Source of the DNA: Mizuhopecten yessoensis
Taxonomy: Eukaryota
Assembly: GCF_002113885.1 (NCBI RefSeq)
Contig: NW_018406620.1
Span: 252,680 to 316,679 of the forward strand
Direction of reading: 5' to 3'
DNA: 64,000 nt
Positions 12,501 through 24,244 of this stretch are shown piece after piece; the first letter of the stretch is position 1; each line of letters starts with the position of its first letter. Under the pieces are notes generated by a model. The model did not search any database. It saw only the letters and a list, made by a program, of their open reading frames with translations, and had not been told where the DNA came from. A program made the translations under genes and the position numbers.

Positions 12501-14813
12501 ATATGATAGAACCACCGTAGAGCTCCTAAACAGTATACATGACAGTTCAAACGCAGTATTCGACTTGTTGGTAATACTTTGATAAACTTTTATTTACACA
12601 TTGCCATATTTTAACTTTTTGGTAATAGTTAAACAACTTTTCTGTAATACTTAGTTATTTACATTATACCTTACTTTAACCTTTTTTGTAATACTTTATT
12701 GCTTACATAATATCATATATTTACCTTTTTGCAATACTTTTATCAATACAGTCCGCTTTCTATCCGAATGCTAAATGACAAAATGATCCAGTTCGAGCGA
12801 GCATTCATTGATCCAGAGGGGCTTCCTGACAGGCGAATATATAAGTAGGTATATGCTTATCTTTCATGACAGTGAATATATAGTAGATATTGTATTATAA
12901 TTTATGCCCCTGCACTCATCACAAGAAAAACTTTGACAACAATATAAATGGGAATGGCCAGCAGATTGGTGACATTGAATTTATTGATATCAATAGAGCC
13001 ACACTAGTATGGAAAATTATATGAAAAGTTGAATAACCCAGTAGCTGCCACCACACACGTATGGCAGCCACTACTACAAACTATAACAGCTAGGCCAAGT
13101 GGGATTGCCAAAAAACGCCACAAAGACCTTCATGAGGACTACTCATGATTGTCTTCTCCACTGAAGGCTAGGCGAAACAGCAAATACTACAGAAAAAAAG
13201 TTGAGGAACGGCCAAGGGAAGTACAAATCAACACGGACACTTGTTTAAGTTTATATATATATATAATACCTTCTGACATCCATATACATAAACCAACATC
13301 ACCTGATCACACTCCAAACAAATCAAGGTAAAAAAAATCATTACTGATACTTACGGTTCCTCGTCGATAACGTGATCGGCTCAAGCAAACCAGTTCACAA
13401 CACTCAATATATTGTTATATGGAATAGTAATACACTGTATACCACCTACTGGTAGCATAATAAAGTCATTATCATGGGTGGTTAGTATGAAAATACTGAC
13501 GAAGAAGTTGAGAACGATTTGTTTTCCATTTCGGACAAAGGTATCCACCCGAAGGTGATCCGCGTAAGATCGGGTGGCGCAGTGGATAGCGCACTTGCCT
13601 TTCACCAAGGCGTCCGGGGTTCGATTCCCCGGTCGGTCGTGAACAGGTATGGGGTCACCTGCCCGATCACGTGGGTTTACTCCGGTTACTCTGGTTTCCT
13701 CCCACATTAACACAACCACCTTCTCCCCCGCGCGCTAACATCCGAGCTTGTTTTTATAACTGTTGTAAAATAATAAAGTAAAAATAGTTTTGTCCTACAC
13801 AAATAATTGTTAATACTGTTGGGACGACAACACCGTTTTATGTATAAATATACATATGGAGAAGCCAATAAAGATGATATTGCCTTAAAAATACCTTTCT
13901 CAATAGATTTAAGGTTCATAGTATTCCTCACACACGCGATCTCAAGTAAACTCTTCGAATACATATTTTAAAAACTATACGTTGGTGTCCCTAATCCTAT
14001 CCTTTCTTCTGTTGCTGTAACCCATCTTTAACATCGTATATATGTATATATATAAAAAATGTTTTAGGCTATTACGTGACACATTAATTTTGTATACATA
14101 TTTATCTGTTACGGAAAGGAAGTAAGTAAGCTGTAATAGCTTTTGTCCAATTCATTTGTCTTTTGTTGCAATAAAATTGATTTAAACTAAGTATTCTTCC
14201 GCGGACATTTTCTGTTTACTTACGTTTTTCACAGATATGGTATTTAGTTGGGGGGTTTAATGGAAAATAGGTAGTAATATAAAATGAAAAACAGTTATCG
14301 CACTATGTTTTCAGGGTTTTGCGGTGCAAGCGATGAGAAAATTGTTCTCATGACAAACTCTGATTACAAAGTGTAGTGATCTAAAAATATAAGCAGAGAC
14401 CGCTACAGACATGGAATAGAAAGAAATGTATGGGCAGACTAAAAAATACACTACAAATATATTCATAAATATCTAGGGCGACACGGTATTGTTTGGTATT
14501 AGTTAAGATCACCATTCCATTGGGTTTCGATTTCTCCTTAAACTGGTTTATATATACTTGCTTAGGTGATTAACATTTCATATTCCTTGTCTCATTATCT
14601 ATCTAACTTATTTTTCATTTCAGACACGTTATGTTCGCACCCAGCCTGTATGATAGCTATTCCGACAACAGTTTCCCTGGAGTTGTAGATACCATGCATG
14701 ACATTCAGTTAAATAACCGAACAGATAAATGGGGTTTACTGAAACAACAGGTTTCAGTTGCCACCTACACAATCCAATCAGCAGCTAACACATTGGAGGA
14801 TATAGGGCTGTGA
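400..14813 (+). CDS. NAALAD2: Glutamate carboxypeptidase II / NAALADase-like M28B peptidase (FOLH1/NAALAD2/NAALADL1 family), 5'-partial, 14 exons
   Basis: GT-AG exons 400-574, 1253-1349, 5003-5092, 5943-6028, 6563-6682, 7419-7501, 8149-8280, 9427-9515, 10280-10373, 10926-11056, 11575-11699, 12208-12289, 12752-12844, 14624-14813 splice in phase (1587 nt, ends TGA). Motifs: [87 protein letters not shown]. The symbol is family-level ('-like'); orthology is not established. Confidence 0.95.
775..858. mobile_element. Short MITE (ATTCACCCCT...AGGGGTGAAT, TTAA end)
   Basis: Inverted termini; a second copy in opposite orientation at 40621-40704. Confidence 0.7.
1253..1349 (+). CDS. NAALADase-like exon DYTYRIP...[15 protein letters not shown]
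   Basis: ttgaag/ and /gtgaga; [11 protein letters not shown] motif; phases compatible. Confidence 0.9.
1442..1590 (-). mobile_element. V-domain SINE, degraded copy
   Basis: GGGGAATCGTACCCCGG ... TATCTACTGCGCCATC is the reverse complement of the B and A boxes of the same family. Confidence 0.6.
3928..4615 (+). mobile_element. Non-autonomous retroposon with Deu/Nin-like domain and (TCAA)n tail
   Basis: GTCCGTCGGATGGGACTATAAA...GCACGGAAAAGATCCC...AAAAGAGTAGG core; tail GGACGTAAAACCTA(TCAA)n; 12-bp direct repeat CATTCTAAATGT at 3922-3933 and 4616-4627; second copy at 24662-25048. Confidence 0.75.
5003..5092 (+). CDS. NAALADase-like exon [30 protein letters not shown]
   Basis: ttttag/ and /gtaagt; WRG.L...Y..GPGF motif. 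Confidence 0.9.
5200..5400. repeat. Degenerate ~31-bp tandem repeat, about 6-7 copies
   Basis: Recurring ATCTTACTGCAGTAAGTAAAAAG-like units. Confidence 0.75.
5641..5742. repeat. 34-bp tandem repeat x3
   Basis: GGTGATTAATGTGGAGACCC(C/T)ATACACAATCGGA. Confidence 0.95.
5943..6028 (+). CDS. NAALADase-like exon SARLTVNN...[12 protein letters not shown]
   Basis: caacag/ and /gtaccg; NVIG.I.G..EP motif. Confidence 0.92.
6073..6321. repeat. Diverged ~135-bp tandem duplication
   Basis: TGATTGATTGAT...GACAATG.CAATATAGTAGACGAACC...CGAACTTTCTATT occurs twice. Confidence 0.85.
6563..6682 (+). CDS. NAALADase-like exon [23 protein letters not shown] (Zn ligands His, Asp)
   Basis: tgttag/ and /gtaagc; M28 zinc-binding motif. 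Confidence 0.95.
7419..7501 (+). CDS. NAALADase-like exon [27 protein letters not shown] (catalytic EE)
   Basis: ttgtag/ and /gtaagc; SW.AEE.GL.GS motif. Confidence 0.95.
8149..8280 (+). CDS. NAALADase-like exon [17 protein letters not shown]...QSAKK
   Basis: tctcag/ and /gtaagt; AYLNVD Zn ligand. Confidence 0.93.
9028..9120 (-). mobile_element. tRNA-derived repeat fragment (related copy at 21630-21735)
   Basis: Reverse-complement B box GGATTCGAACCC plus shared TTCA.ATTGTTA.ACTA...TCTAACC. Confidence 0.5.
9124..9313. mobile_element. Palindromic MITE with 73-bp terminal inverted repeats
   Basis: 9124-9196 is the reverse complement of 9241-9313 with one mismatch (TATTCCGTCTTTGCATATTGCAGAG...CTCTGCAATATGCAAAGATGGAATA). 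Confidence 0.9.
9427..9515 (+). CDS. NAALADase-like exon [17 protein letters not shown]...
   Basis: attaag/ and /gtaggt; V..P....TLYD.W motif. Confidence 0.88.
10280..10373 (+). CDS. NAALADase-like exon [31 protein letters not shown]
   Basis: tctcag/ and /gtaagt; LGSGSD motif. Confidence 0.93.
10926..11056 (+). CDS. NAALADase-like exon ...[18 protein letters not shown] (Zn ligand His)
   Basis: ttccag/ and /gtaagt; YP.YHS.YETF motif. Confidence 0.94.
11575..11699 (+). CDS. NAALADase-like exon [16 protein letters not shown]...
   Basis: atccag/ and /gtgatt; LPFD...YA motif. Confidence 0.9.
12208..12289 (+). CDS. NAALADase-like exon [21 protein letters not shown]...
   Basis: atacag/ and /gtacgt; start of the TfR-like dimerisation domain. 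Confidence 0.88.
12752..12844 (+). CDS. NAALADase-like exon [27 protein letters not shown]
   Basis: atacag/ and /gtaggt; R..ND.M..ERAFIDP.GLP motif. Confidence 0.94.
13568..13747 (+). mobile_element. tRNA-derived V-domain SINE
   Basis: A box TGGCGCAGTGG (13575), B box GGTTCGATTCC (13618), then V-like GTGGGTTTACTCCGGTTACTCTGGTTTCCTCCCACA. Confidence 0.85.
14624..14813 (+). CDS. NAALADase-like terminal coding exon HVMFAPS...SFPG...[13 protein letters not shown]
   Basis: tttcag/ acceptor; HV.FAPS....Y....FPG motif; stop TGA at 14811-14813. Confidence 0.94.
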
Positions 14814-14864
14814 AATGCACACCTTTTTACTTATTCATGTAAATATAGAAAGGATCAAATTTTG

Positions 14865-15165
14865 TTTTATCCCCCGCTTTCGAAACGGGAAATTTAATTT
14901 GGGTTTGACCGGCTGTCGGTCTATCAGTCTGTCACGCTTCGTTTCCGTGCAAAAACTGCAACAAATGTTAACCGATTTTCTTCAAACTCCGGCCAAGTAT
15001 GATGACCACTTTCACTTAATACTTCTGTATAAGGCTTTTTCCTTCTTCGAGTTATACATTATGTCTCAACAGCATGATACTCCCATGTTTAAACCTAACC
15101 TCAATAATGTTTACCTACAATATGTCCTGCAAGCGGGGGATATAAATTCCACGAATTTGCTTGTT
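14865..15165 (+). mobile_element. Helentron-associated HINE/DINE-like non-autonomous element
   Basis: 12-bp subterminal inverted repeat TATCCCCCGCTT (14868) / AAGCGGGGGATA (15131), a GTCY-like microsatellite after the 5' IR, 3' hairpin AAATTC-cac-GAATTT, T-rich flanks. Confidence 0.7.
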
Positions 15166-18108
15166 GACCATGGAATTTAATTATGGTTTTAAAATTTAAC
15201 TACAATGATATGTGCATACTGACAATGTGTATTGTTTATATAGATAAAGTATACGACAAGCGATGATTGGTTATGATGTAGGTAGAAACAAAGTTTATTC
15301 TTAAATACAATGAACAAGCTACAGCAAGTATATCATTTTTGATATATAAAGATTTTTGGAATATATCAATAAGATTTTCGAGAGCATATCGTTTACAAAT
15401 ATGTGTGTTTATGTTATATAAAAAATATATTGGGCGGTTAAGAAGACATCAGCATACTTATGAGATTTGGGGAGATTATTATATAAAACATGACTTTTAA
15501 TAATTTAAAATATATCCATATCTTGTACGAGATTTATTAAAGAATATATATCATTTACGATTTCAATTTCGAGAATCTGAATATATCGGTACAATGTAGG
15601 AGATTTCGCAATTATAGTACATTTAAGAAAATATTCGTCGCGATTTGAAATATATTTATATAATGTTTGAGATTTATATTGAGGAATAAACTTTCGACAT
15701 TTGAAATATACTATGACAAAGCATCATCAAGTGCTAATATCCGTGTCTCTTAAAGCATAACGCCTTAACATTAAAAGTTAAATTTTAAAGCAATTCAATG
15801 TCATTCCATGCTGTGTTTGCTTATAAAGAGTTGGTTGAGAAAACCTATCATATTTGGAATTAAAACTGATACCTGATCGATGAATTGATTGCATTTTACG
15901 AGTTCAGTAACCTAAATTACTAATTTGGAAAAGAAATATAGGATATACAGATTTAAACAAATAATCATCCGTATCACTTATGTGCGATTTACTGCATACG
16001 AACATTTTGTTAGCGGTATTTTAATTTGACCGCTAATTTTATTGAAATTTCTGCATATATCATGAGTGTACCGATTCATCAATACGTTAATATGTTAAAA
16101 TTTGAGAATACGCTAGAATACGTACTCTTACAGCAGATGTTTTAAATGATTTAATACCCTCTAAGTAAATATTATTGATGATTTCATGGAATTTTATTAT
16201 CGTGTTTTCAATATTAAGTATTTTACTATAATCAAGCAAATAGGATTAATAAAGTGTAATAATTTAACTGCTTTTAAACAAACGGAACACTGGCCTTATA
16301 TAGTTGAAACATTATAAATAACATTTTATTGATTTCTAATTTGATAACAGATATATCTCGCTCTTTTGGCAGATTTCACTGATTGTCAATTATTCGTGCT
16401 GGTCCATTGTGAAAATGTAGACAAATTATGTGATCCTCGATATTTGATAACCAACGACAGTTAATATATTCTCTATATGTATATAGATATATCTTCATAT
16501 ATGTTAGTTAAATAACCAGTCATCCAATGTAAATTGTGATTTATGCATAAATGCATGTTATCATGCTATAATCATATCATTTATAGAAGAACCGATGAGC
16601 ACTTCGAAATTGTTTCTATTGTTTACTGCTAAACGATGCGTATGTTAAGTTTGATTTTAAATGCAAAAACCTAACTTGTTGTCACTGTAGTACATTCATA
16701 GAAATAGTTCGTTCCATATTCATCAAAATGACGTCATGAGGAATATTGTCATTTAATTCACATTACATTGACACATGACTGTGATTGACTGATACTATCT
16801 TTTTGTGTTATGTTTGAAATATACTGTAATCAATCGAGTACAGGTAAGCGTTTCAAACCTAAAAGAATAACAGTTTAGTCTGTTCCCTTCAATGAAGTTC
16901 GGTACATGATATCGAATGCATCTTTGTAAATATTTTTAAGATTTTATAATAATTTATATTTATGTATATAATTCAGGTCCAAAATTCGTTGATTGAATTT
17001 TGATATTGTTAATGCCATGTTTCCCTATGATTCAATTTCTAGTTTCATTGTACATTTGTGTTTAAGTATAATAAGAATCATATTGTATTGTTCCATCATT
17101 ATGTTATCGTCGTGTCTGTGCAAAATGTTGTTATAGATGTAAGGGGAGCGTACTCTAATTAGCTTAAACATTTTGTTTTGCCGTTTTGTTCATGAGAGGT
17201 TATTTTTACCCTTAAGATCCGATTCGCATTGAATTGACTTTGAATAAAAATGCGCTATTTACACAAACATTAAAAAGGCGAACCGGGACAAAAATGTGGA
17301 ACTCTTCAATGTCTCAGATATAAAGATTATACATTGGTCTTCATAAAAGTCCAGCTTTTAGATTTACTGGAATTGTTTTACTAATCAATGATCTCAACAA
17401 TTAAATGCCCTTGTCATCCAAATCTTATTCTCATTTTATTTTTTAGGTGTGATATCTCAAGTATATGCAATTTCGATTAAAATTCATTGGATAGAAAACC
17501 AAAAGCCTCCTATATTTGTTTTTTATATCGTAGAAACTGCTATTTTAATAATATTTCAACATCAGATTTGAACTACATGCATGTGCATGTTAAGTTCATT
17601 GCAATGCGAATTCCTTTATTTCATACTTTTTATCGTTATAAATATTTGCATATATTCATGTTATTTGCTTTTGTCATTCCAAAGGGAAAATTGATTTTTG
17701 CATAGGTATGAATGTACTGTTTCACCGTTTTAACTTAAACTATTTCCCAGTATCCAAGAGTTATTGATACTATGATTGATACTGGAATATAATTCATAAC
17801 ATGATGTGCATATCTTTGTATTCTAAAGACGTCTTTGAATATCATATTAATCATTTATCATGCAAGTCTCGTATTGAGAAACTGTTTACATTGGTGTATC
17901 ATTGTCTGAATGAAATACAAGTTCATGATGTTAAAATGAAACGCAAAATATACTTTTATTTTTATATTTCCTGCTTTAACGTTTTAGACTTTGATACTTT
18001 ATTTCAACTTCGATACATTATGATAAATACATGTATACGAAAGAGTAGGTTTGTTAGAGTTGTATTGGTCAAATTCTGTGGTTTATTTACATATCCTTTT
18101 AAGGTTCA

Positions 18109-18146
18109 ACACACACACACACACACTCACACACACACACACACAC
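18109..18146. repeat. (CA)n microsatellite
   Basis: Read directly from the sequence. Confidence 0.9.
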
Positions 18147-21100
18147 CACACCACCCTACCCCAACCCCCCTTGAGAGAGCTTATAGTCACCCTAAATTCC
18201 TTCCCCTGGTAAGTGATATTAAAAGATCCATATCAAAAGTTGGAACTGAGATATGTCATTAAAAAATGGAACGTGTACATTATATTTCTAAAATATTCCA
18301 TAGTGAGGAACGTAGTCAATAATAAGGCATTTAGGCTGATGATTTGATAAAAAATAGTTCACCGTACTTATAACATGTCAGGCTCCTTTGCAATCAAACT
18401 AAGTGCTACGAAATGACATACTTTCTTAAAATCATATGTATTTCTAGCTCATGCGTAGCTTTATTTTCTCTTTTTCTAGCTTTGGAGAGACATGCCGGAA
18501 CTTTCAATTACTGATGTACAAGTGAAATATCTTTTTAACTATATATATACGTTACGGTCTTTAATAGGGGTATTTGAATATAACCCATCGGGTGGTTAGA
18601 ATTAAGGGTGACCATGGCCCTTCAGGAGGCTTGTTGAACCGTAAACATGCTTTCTCTTTGCTTTGTATAGCTGTATGAACGCCAATACAATATCATGAAA
18701 AAAGGCAGTCGCCATATTCGCGAGGTGAAGACGTATTATGTTATTATAATAACGTCAGAAATTGTCTGATTCGTAGAAATTACGAATTCACCAAAAAGGG
18801 GTGTATTTAGAATGTAAAACATGATGTGTATGTCTTTGGGATGACTGGCTTGATAATGCAACGTTTAATTTGATATAAAGTCAAACATCACTTACATTAA
18901 AGACCTTCTTTGTTTAGGGACCCCATTTTGGGTTTACTGGGGAGGCTGCTCGGGATACGTATTTGACAGTATAAGGTAAAGGAGGTATGCATAACATACT
19001 GACAAACAAAGAAGAAGGTTTGTATTTTGTATCGGTGATAGTATGTAACATAAATACATACATGAACGAGAAACGGGTATTTCCATGTTTAATTGTTAGG
19101 CCATATGTGCATATGCGATATTTTTATCTGTATATAGGACTATCTTGGCCCGTATCAAATCAATATAGATACGTTTCATAGCCACCCTGTACGAGTTAAA
19201 TCCGTTGTACAAACGGCACAAATAATTCAATATCACGTATCAACTGCTCGCAAACCTGTTTTTGATTGATGAAGTTTCATAAGATTCACACAGTTTTTTA
19301 TATACACACTATCATAGACTTGAAATAAACCAGTACTCATCTAACCTCTGAAATTCATATTATTTAAGGGTTTTTATGTTTCCACCTCTCCTTCTTTTTC
19401 ACCGTATGTCAGCAGTAGTTGTTTAAGACAAAATTTGGATTTTAACATTGTTTTGTATCAAGTCTCACCGACGAGTCCTAGAAAGATCAAATACATGTAT
19501 CGTGCAGTGCTATTCATTTTAGGAGTACTGTACCTATAACTAATGTTATAGGTGCCCTACGTCAAGATTCCTGTGACTTTTTTTCTATTTATGATAACTG
19601 GCATGACTTAGTATCTACAATGTGAAGTATATATCAAACAATGTTTAGAATCGCTATTTAATATCCTATCCCATATCAAACTTCGGCACATATCGGGCCC
19701 CTTGCACCTCAGGCTGTTTAGTATACCCTTTCCCCAACTTGTGGGTAAGACAGAAACAAAATCCACCCAAAGGCTCAGATTCCTAAATATCTAGAGGCTT
19801 TGCCGAGGGCGAGCTTCGATGCATTGAAGACGTGACGTTGATACATTGTTGACCTGACGTCGTACAATTGGTTGAATGGGGAATCCCCCGTTTCAACCCT
19901 GGAGTTAGGCTATGATATCTCGCATCGGGAAAATTGTGGATACGCCTGTCTAGGATAAGAGAAGTGAGAGTATCTGGTTGAAAATGAATATAAGATGTTT
20001 AGGAGATAGGACTAATGTATATGAGATTTGTTTGGCCTATGTGCGATAAGTATTACGTGAAAAAATATTCTTTGATAATGAAATCCAGTGCAAACGATGA
20101 TTAAAAGGTATTCCAAGTACATAGCTGTTGTGTTTTAATTGAGATTTTGATTCCGCATATTATAATTAAATACCTAACCAAACACTACTATTTGCACAAT
20201 AGTGCATCAAAGAGTTACCTGTCCTCGAGTAAGAGCATGGGTTTACCCCACAAGGATTACGTTTAAATATTACCGTTTCATGGAAAAAAGAATTTATAAA
20301 AGTTAATAATCAGAACAATTCCCACTTATTATACATGTCCAATATTATCAACGTATACATACCAAAAAGAAAAAGAAAGTATTATAGATTTTTTTATGAT
20401 TTCTTGAAAATAAGATGAGGATGAGAACTGTATGCTTTATAAGTTACATATAAACTATATTATCGTAAAAAATATAATTTAGGAAAAACACAAACACGAC
20501 CAGTTGTCATTTTTCTTTTTACAAGTTATTTGACTTGTTAATTCACCCCTGTAAAGGCTTTAATCAACTGCTACTGGCGTAAACACTTGCTGTAAGTGCA
20601 GAAAACGATACTGATACCGAATAAGGAAGTCACTGAATGCTCATCAGTGACATTTTTCATTTTTGGTGATATTCTAAAAATGAATCATATTTATTTTTCG
20701 ATTTCAAATCGTTTAAAATATGTGTAATGTCTTAGTGCAAATATACGTAAGACGTATTTTGAGATGCGCCCTAAACATTTTCAACATCAGTTTCATCGGT
20801 GACATCCTCCGTGTAAATCTATGTCAAAAAGTAATAGCATGGTAATGCATGGTAATGACAGCATGGTAATGACAACAAAACCACAAAGCACTGTTATGAA
20901 CATAAAAAAAGACATAGACCATCAAATGACCTCGACCACCCACGTGTATTTATTAAATGAATATGCGTCAATGAAGCTCTTAGCTGGTTATCGCAAAAAT
21001 GTATCATTTTCGAAAAAAACTTTTTTTGCAGTAGTCGTCAGTCTGTATTAGAACAATAAACAATGAATTATCATTAACCGAGTCACCACCTATCACGTTG

Positions 21101-23238
21101 TCTATTTGGATTGATAAGGGATACATTGTCTTTTTTCTATATAAAAATATTTCAGAAATTTAGCGTTCTTACAATCCAGTTCCATTTGCTAGTACCAAAG
21201 AATATCGATGCTCTATTGTACACAACAGCTATGCCGAGGGCGAACTACCTTCTAATATCACAGATATTGATCTTCTAACATTGATGCTATGGAAATTAGA
21301 ATAGTGATATTCATTATTCTGGCTGTGATTATGTCACAAACCACAAGTTATAATATATCATGTTTTACATGTACATGTATAATGACATTAGAACAAAGTA
21401 AAATATTAGTAATTATTTAATGTTTTATTTAGTCGTGAAAAACAATTAAACTTTTATTAATAATGATCGTACCACTGCCAAATGCTGTAACTACACACGG
21501 AATTGTTTTCCCGGTATGTCTATAGCTTTGATAAATCAGTTCTGAAAAGAAACTTTTTTAAAGAAATAGCAAAGGTGAAATAAATAACAAAAAAAATCAG
21601 CAACAGTGTTCTGAGTGAAAAATGTCAGCGGGACTTGACTGAGATTCGAACACTGGACTTCAGATTGTTATACTAACCCTCTAACCGACTGAGCTTATCA
21701 GTTAACGGAAGGGTTCTGGCCCAACAATGCTACAGTTATTTCAAAAACGAAATTATAGGGAGGTTTCCGTATATTATTAAATCCACGGTGCAATGGTACA
21801 GGGACCCTTCATAAATACTATATTACAAATCTCGAGGAGGTACAAAACCTATATTGATCGGAAAACGTGTTAATATCAACGACTACAGGATTGATAGCAC
21901 CGTTTACATTAGACAATCTGAGATTATATAATAAATGTGTATTACGTGTATCCCTAATACAGAATGTTCAATTTACACACAATCGTATATCTTGATCTAG
22001 ATTGCATGTAAAAGATGAATTCCAGGTTCATTTGCCAACTTAACATTTTCCGATATTGGTCTCTGATGGTGTTTCCAGTATCAAGTAAGCAATTACAATG
22101 TCTTATTTAGAGGGACCTCACTAGCGTCTAACATTGACGGGTGTGTCGTGCTAAGCGCACTTTGACAAATAGTTTAGGAGACAATCTCGCCATGTAATAT
22201 GTAATAATACGATGTGTAGGCCTGTTCGTGCTACTCATGGACGGTATAAATTTCGCAAAATTAGTTTATTTTCAGGTCCAATATCGATTATATCAGTCGA
22301 CTGCGGCTTAAGTGTCAACAAACATGATATGTATGCAATTTGCTAGCACGCGATGATACTGCATATTTATCAGTGTTTTTTGTTTAAATGAAACAGTCGA
22401 CCGATTTGATTTTATGAAAACACGCTCACAGAATGTATCAAAATATTATAGCGTAGTTTTGAATGCGTTTGATGTTTTAAAACAATATGGTAAGATGTGC
22501 TTTGTACCTTTTGCAATATATGTTTGTAGATATGACATTATAAGAATTCGATCAAGATATACATGACATGTGTCGTGTGTCAGATGTTAAAATTCTTGTA
22601 AAGAACTGTCTTGTTTTATACTTTTGCACATTGCTACGGAAGAAAGTATATGCTTTTCAAACTATCTGACGTTTTACTGCTTATACGAACAAAAACGTAT
22701 GAACGAATAGCTATCAAAAGCGATTTATACTATCAGCATAATCGCTTATTATTATTATCCTTTATTGTTAGGCTTGTGTAACATATATGAGGGACTTAGA
22801 GCTAACATAAATATGACAATTCATTCGATTGTTTTTAAGTATTCACTATAAACGAGGTAATGTGAAGAAACATGCACCTTTTGGTTTACACATGTTGATA
22901 TAACATCATAGACTCTTTTATAAACTTCTAGATGAAAGACTTCATATATAATAAAGAAATCTATATGAGACGTTTAACGGTGTGTGAGAGTTATCCCCCG
23001 NGGGGGGGGGGGGATTCCTCATACCTTACTCAGCTTTCTCAATTAGTTGATATTGCTCTTGCCTTAAAACACCTCACGAGTTCAGTATATCATATAAATT
23101 ATTTAATTATTATTTGGACAGGTATGTAAGCTAGGTTAATGCACGAAGGAGCAATCTTATGCAACTTAAGATAAAACTAGGGAACGACATAAAGGGGCAA
23201 ACACACTGAAATCTTACAGGATGATGTAGGCACCAAAC

Positions 23239-24060
23239 CCAATCTGCTAGGTAAGCCATGGTGAAGCAATCCTACTCTCATACTCCAATCTGCTAGGTAA
23301 GCCATGGTGAAGCAATCCTACCATACTCCAATCTGCTAGTTTAGCCATGGTGAAGCAATCATACTCTCATACTCCAATCTGCTAGGTAAGCCATGGTGAA
23401 GCAATCCTACTCTCATACTCTAATCTGCTAGGTAAGCCATGGTGAAGCAATCCTACTCTCATACTCCAATCTGCTAGGTAAGCCATGGTGAAGCAATCAT
23501 ACTTTCATACTCCAATCTGCTGGGTAAGCCATGGTAAAGCAATCATACTCTCATACCCCAATCTGCTAGGTAAGCCATGGTGAAGCAATCCTACTCTCAT
23601 ACTCTAATCTGCTAGGTAAGCCATGGTGAAGCAATCATACTTTCATACTCCAATCTGCTAGGTAAGCCATGGTGAAGCAATCATACTTTCATACTCCAAT
23701 CTGCTAGGTAAGCCATGGTAAAGCAATCATACTCTCATACTCCAATCTGCTAGGTAAGCCATGGTGAAGCAATCCTACCATACTCCAATCTGCTGGGTAA
23801 GCCATGGTGAGGCAATCATACTCGCATTCTCCAATCTGCTAGGTACGCCATGGTGAAGCGAGCATACTCTCATACTCTAATCTGCTAGGTAAGCCATGGT
23901 GAAGTGATCATACTCTCATACCCCAATCTGCTAGGTAAGGCATGGTGAAGCAATCATACTCTCATCCTCCAATCTGCTAGGAAAGACATGGTGAAGCAAT
24001 CCTACTCTCATACTCCAATCGGCTAGGTAAGCCATGGGAAGCAATCATACTCGCATACTC
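23239..24060. repeat. 46-bp minisatellite, about 18 copies
   Basis: Unit CCAATCTGCTAGGTAAGCCATGGTGAAGCAATC(C/A)TACTCTCATACT; two copies have a 3-bp deletion. Confidence 0.97.
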
Positions 24061-24129
24061 GAATATTGCTGCAAGGGTAAGCAATGATGTGACAACCGCA
24101 CTCAAAAACGTTTTATATACGCAATGTTG

Positions 24130-24244
24130 TGGCTATCGGAGGGCGAAAAATGCGAAATTTAAGCTGCAGCGAACAATTTCCGGTAAACTGTAATACGAAT
24201 ACTCGACAGGAAGTGATATAGCGTCCCAAATTAAGGAAACTATG
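24130..24244 (+). promoter_or_regulatory. Candidate promoter / first exon (possibly of PRR5-like)
   Basis: Local CpG enrichment, ETS-like TTCCGG (~24178) and CAGGAAGTG (~24207), followed by the perfect donor ATG/gtaagt at 24244/24245. Confidence 0.4.

Noticed and set aside
13568-13640. tRNA gene
   Set aside because: A and B boxes are present, but the sequence runs into a V-SINE body and has related degraded copies; it is a SINE head.
13381-13719. 112-aa minus-strand ORF
   Set aside because: Antisense translation of the V-SINE.
14815-15180. 121-aa ORF after the peptidase stop
   Set aside because: Lies across the HINE-like element in the 3' UTR; spurious.
17801-18262. 153-aa ORF
   Set aside because: Runs through a (CA)n microsatellite, has low-complexity composition and no recognisable domain.
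19462-19505. Minimal hammerhead ribozyme (CCGACGA-GTCC..AGAT-CAAA-TACATGTA-TC)
   Set aside because: Core positions deviate (CUGA>CCGA, GAAA>CAAA), stem II is broken, and TACATGTA is common window-wide. At best a dead relic.
22995-23014. G-run containing n (also at ~54856)
   Set aside because: Assembly ambiguity in a homopolymer, not a biological feature.
23239-24060. Possible CRISPR array
   Set aside because: Head-to-tail repeats without unique spacers, no cas genes, eukaryotic context.
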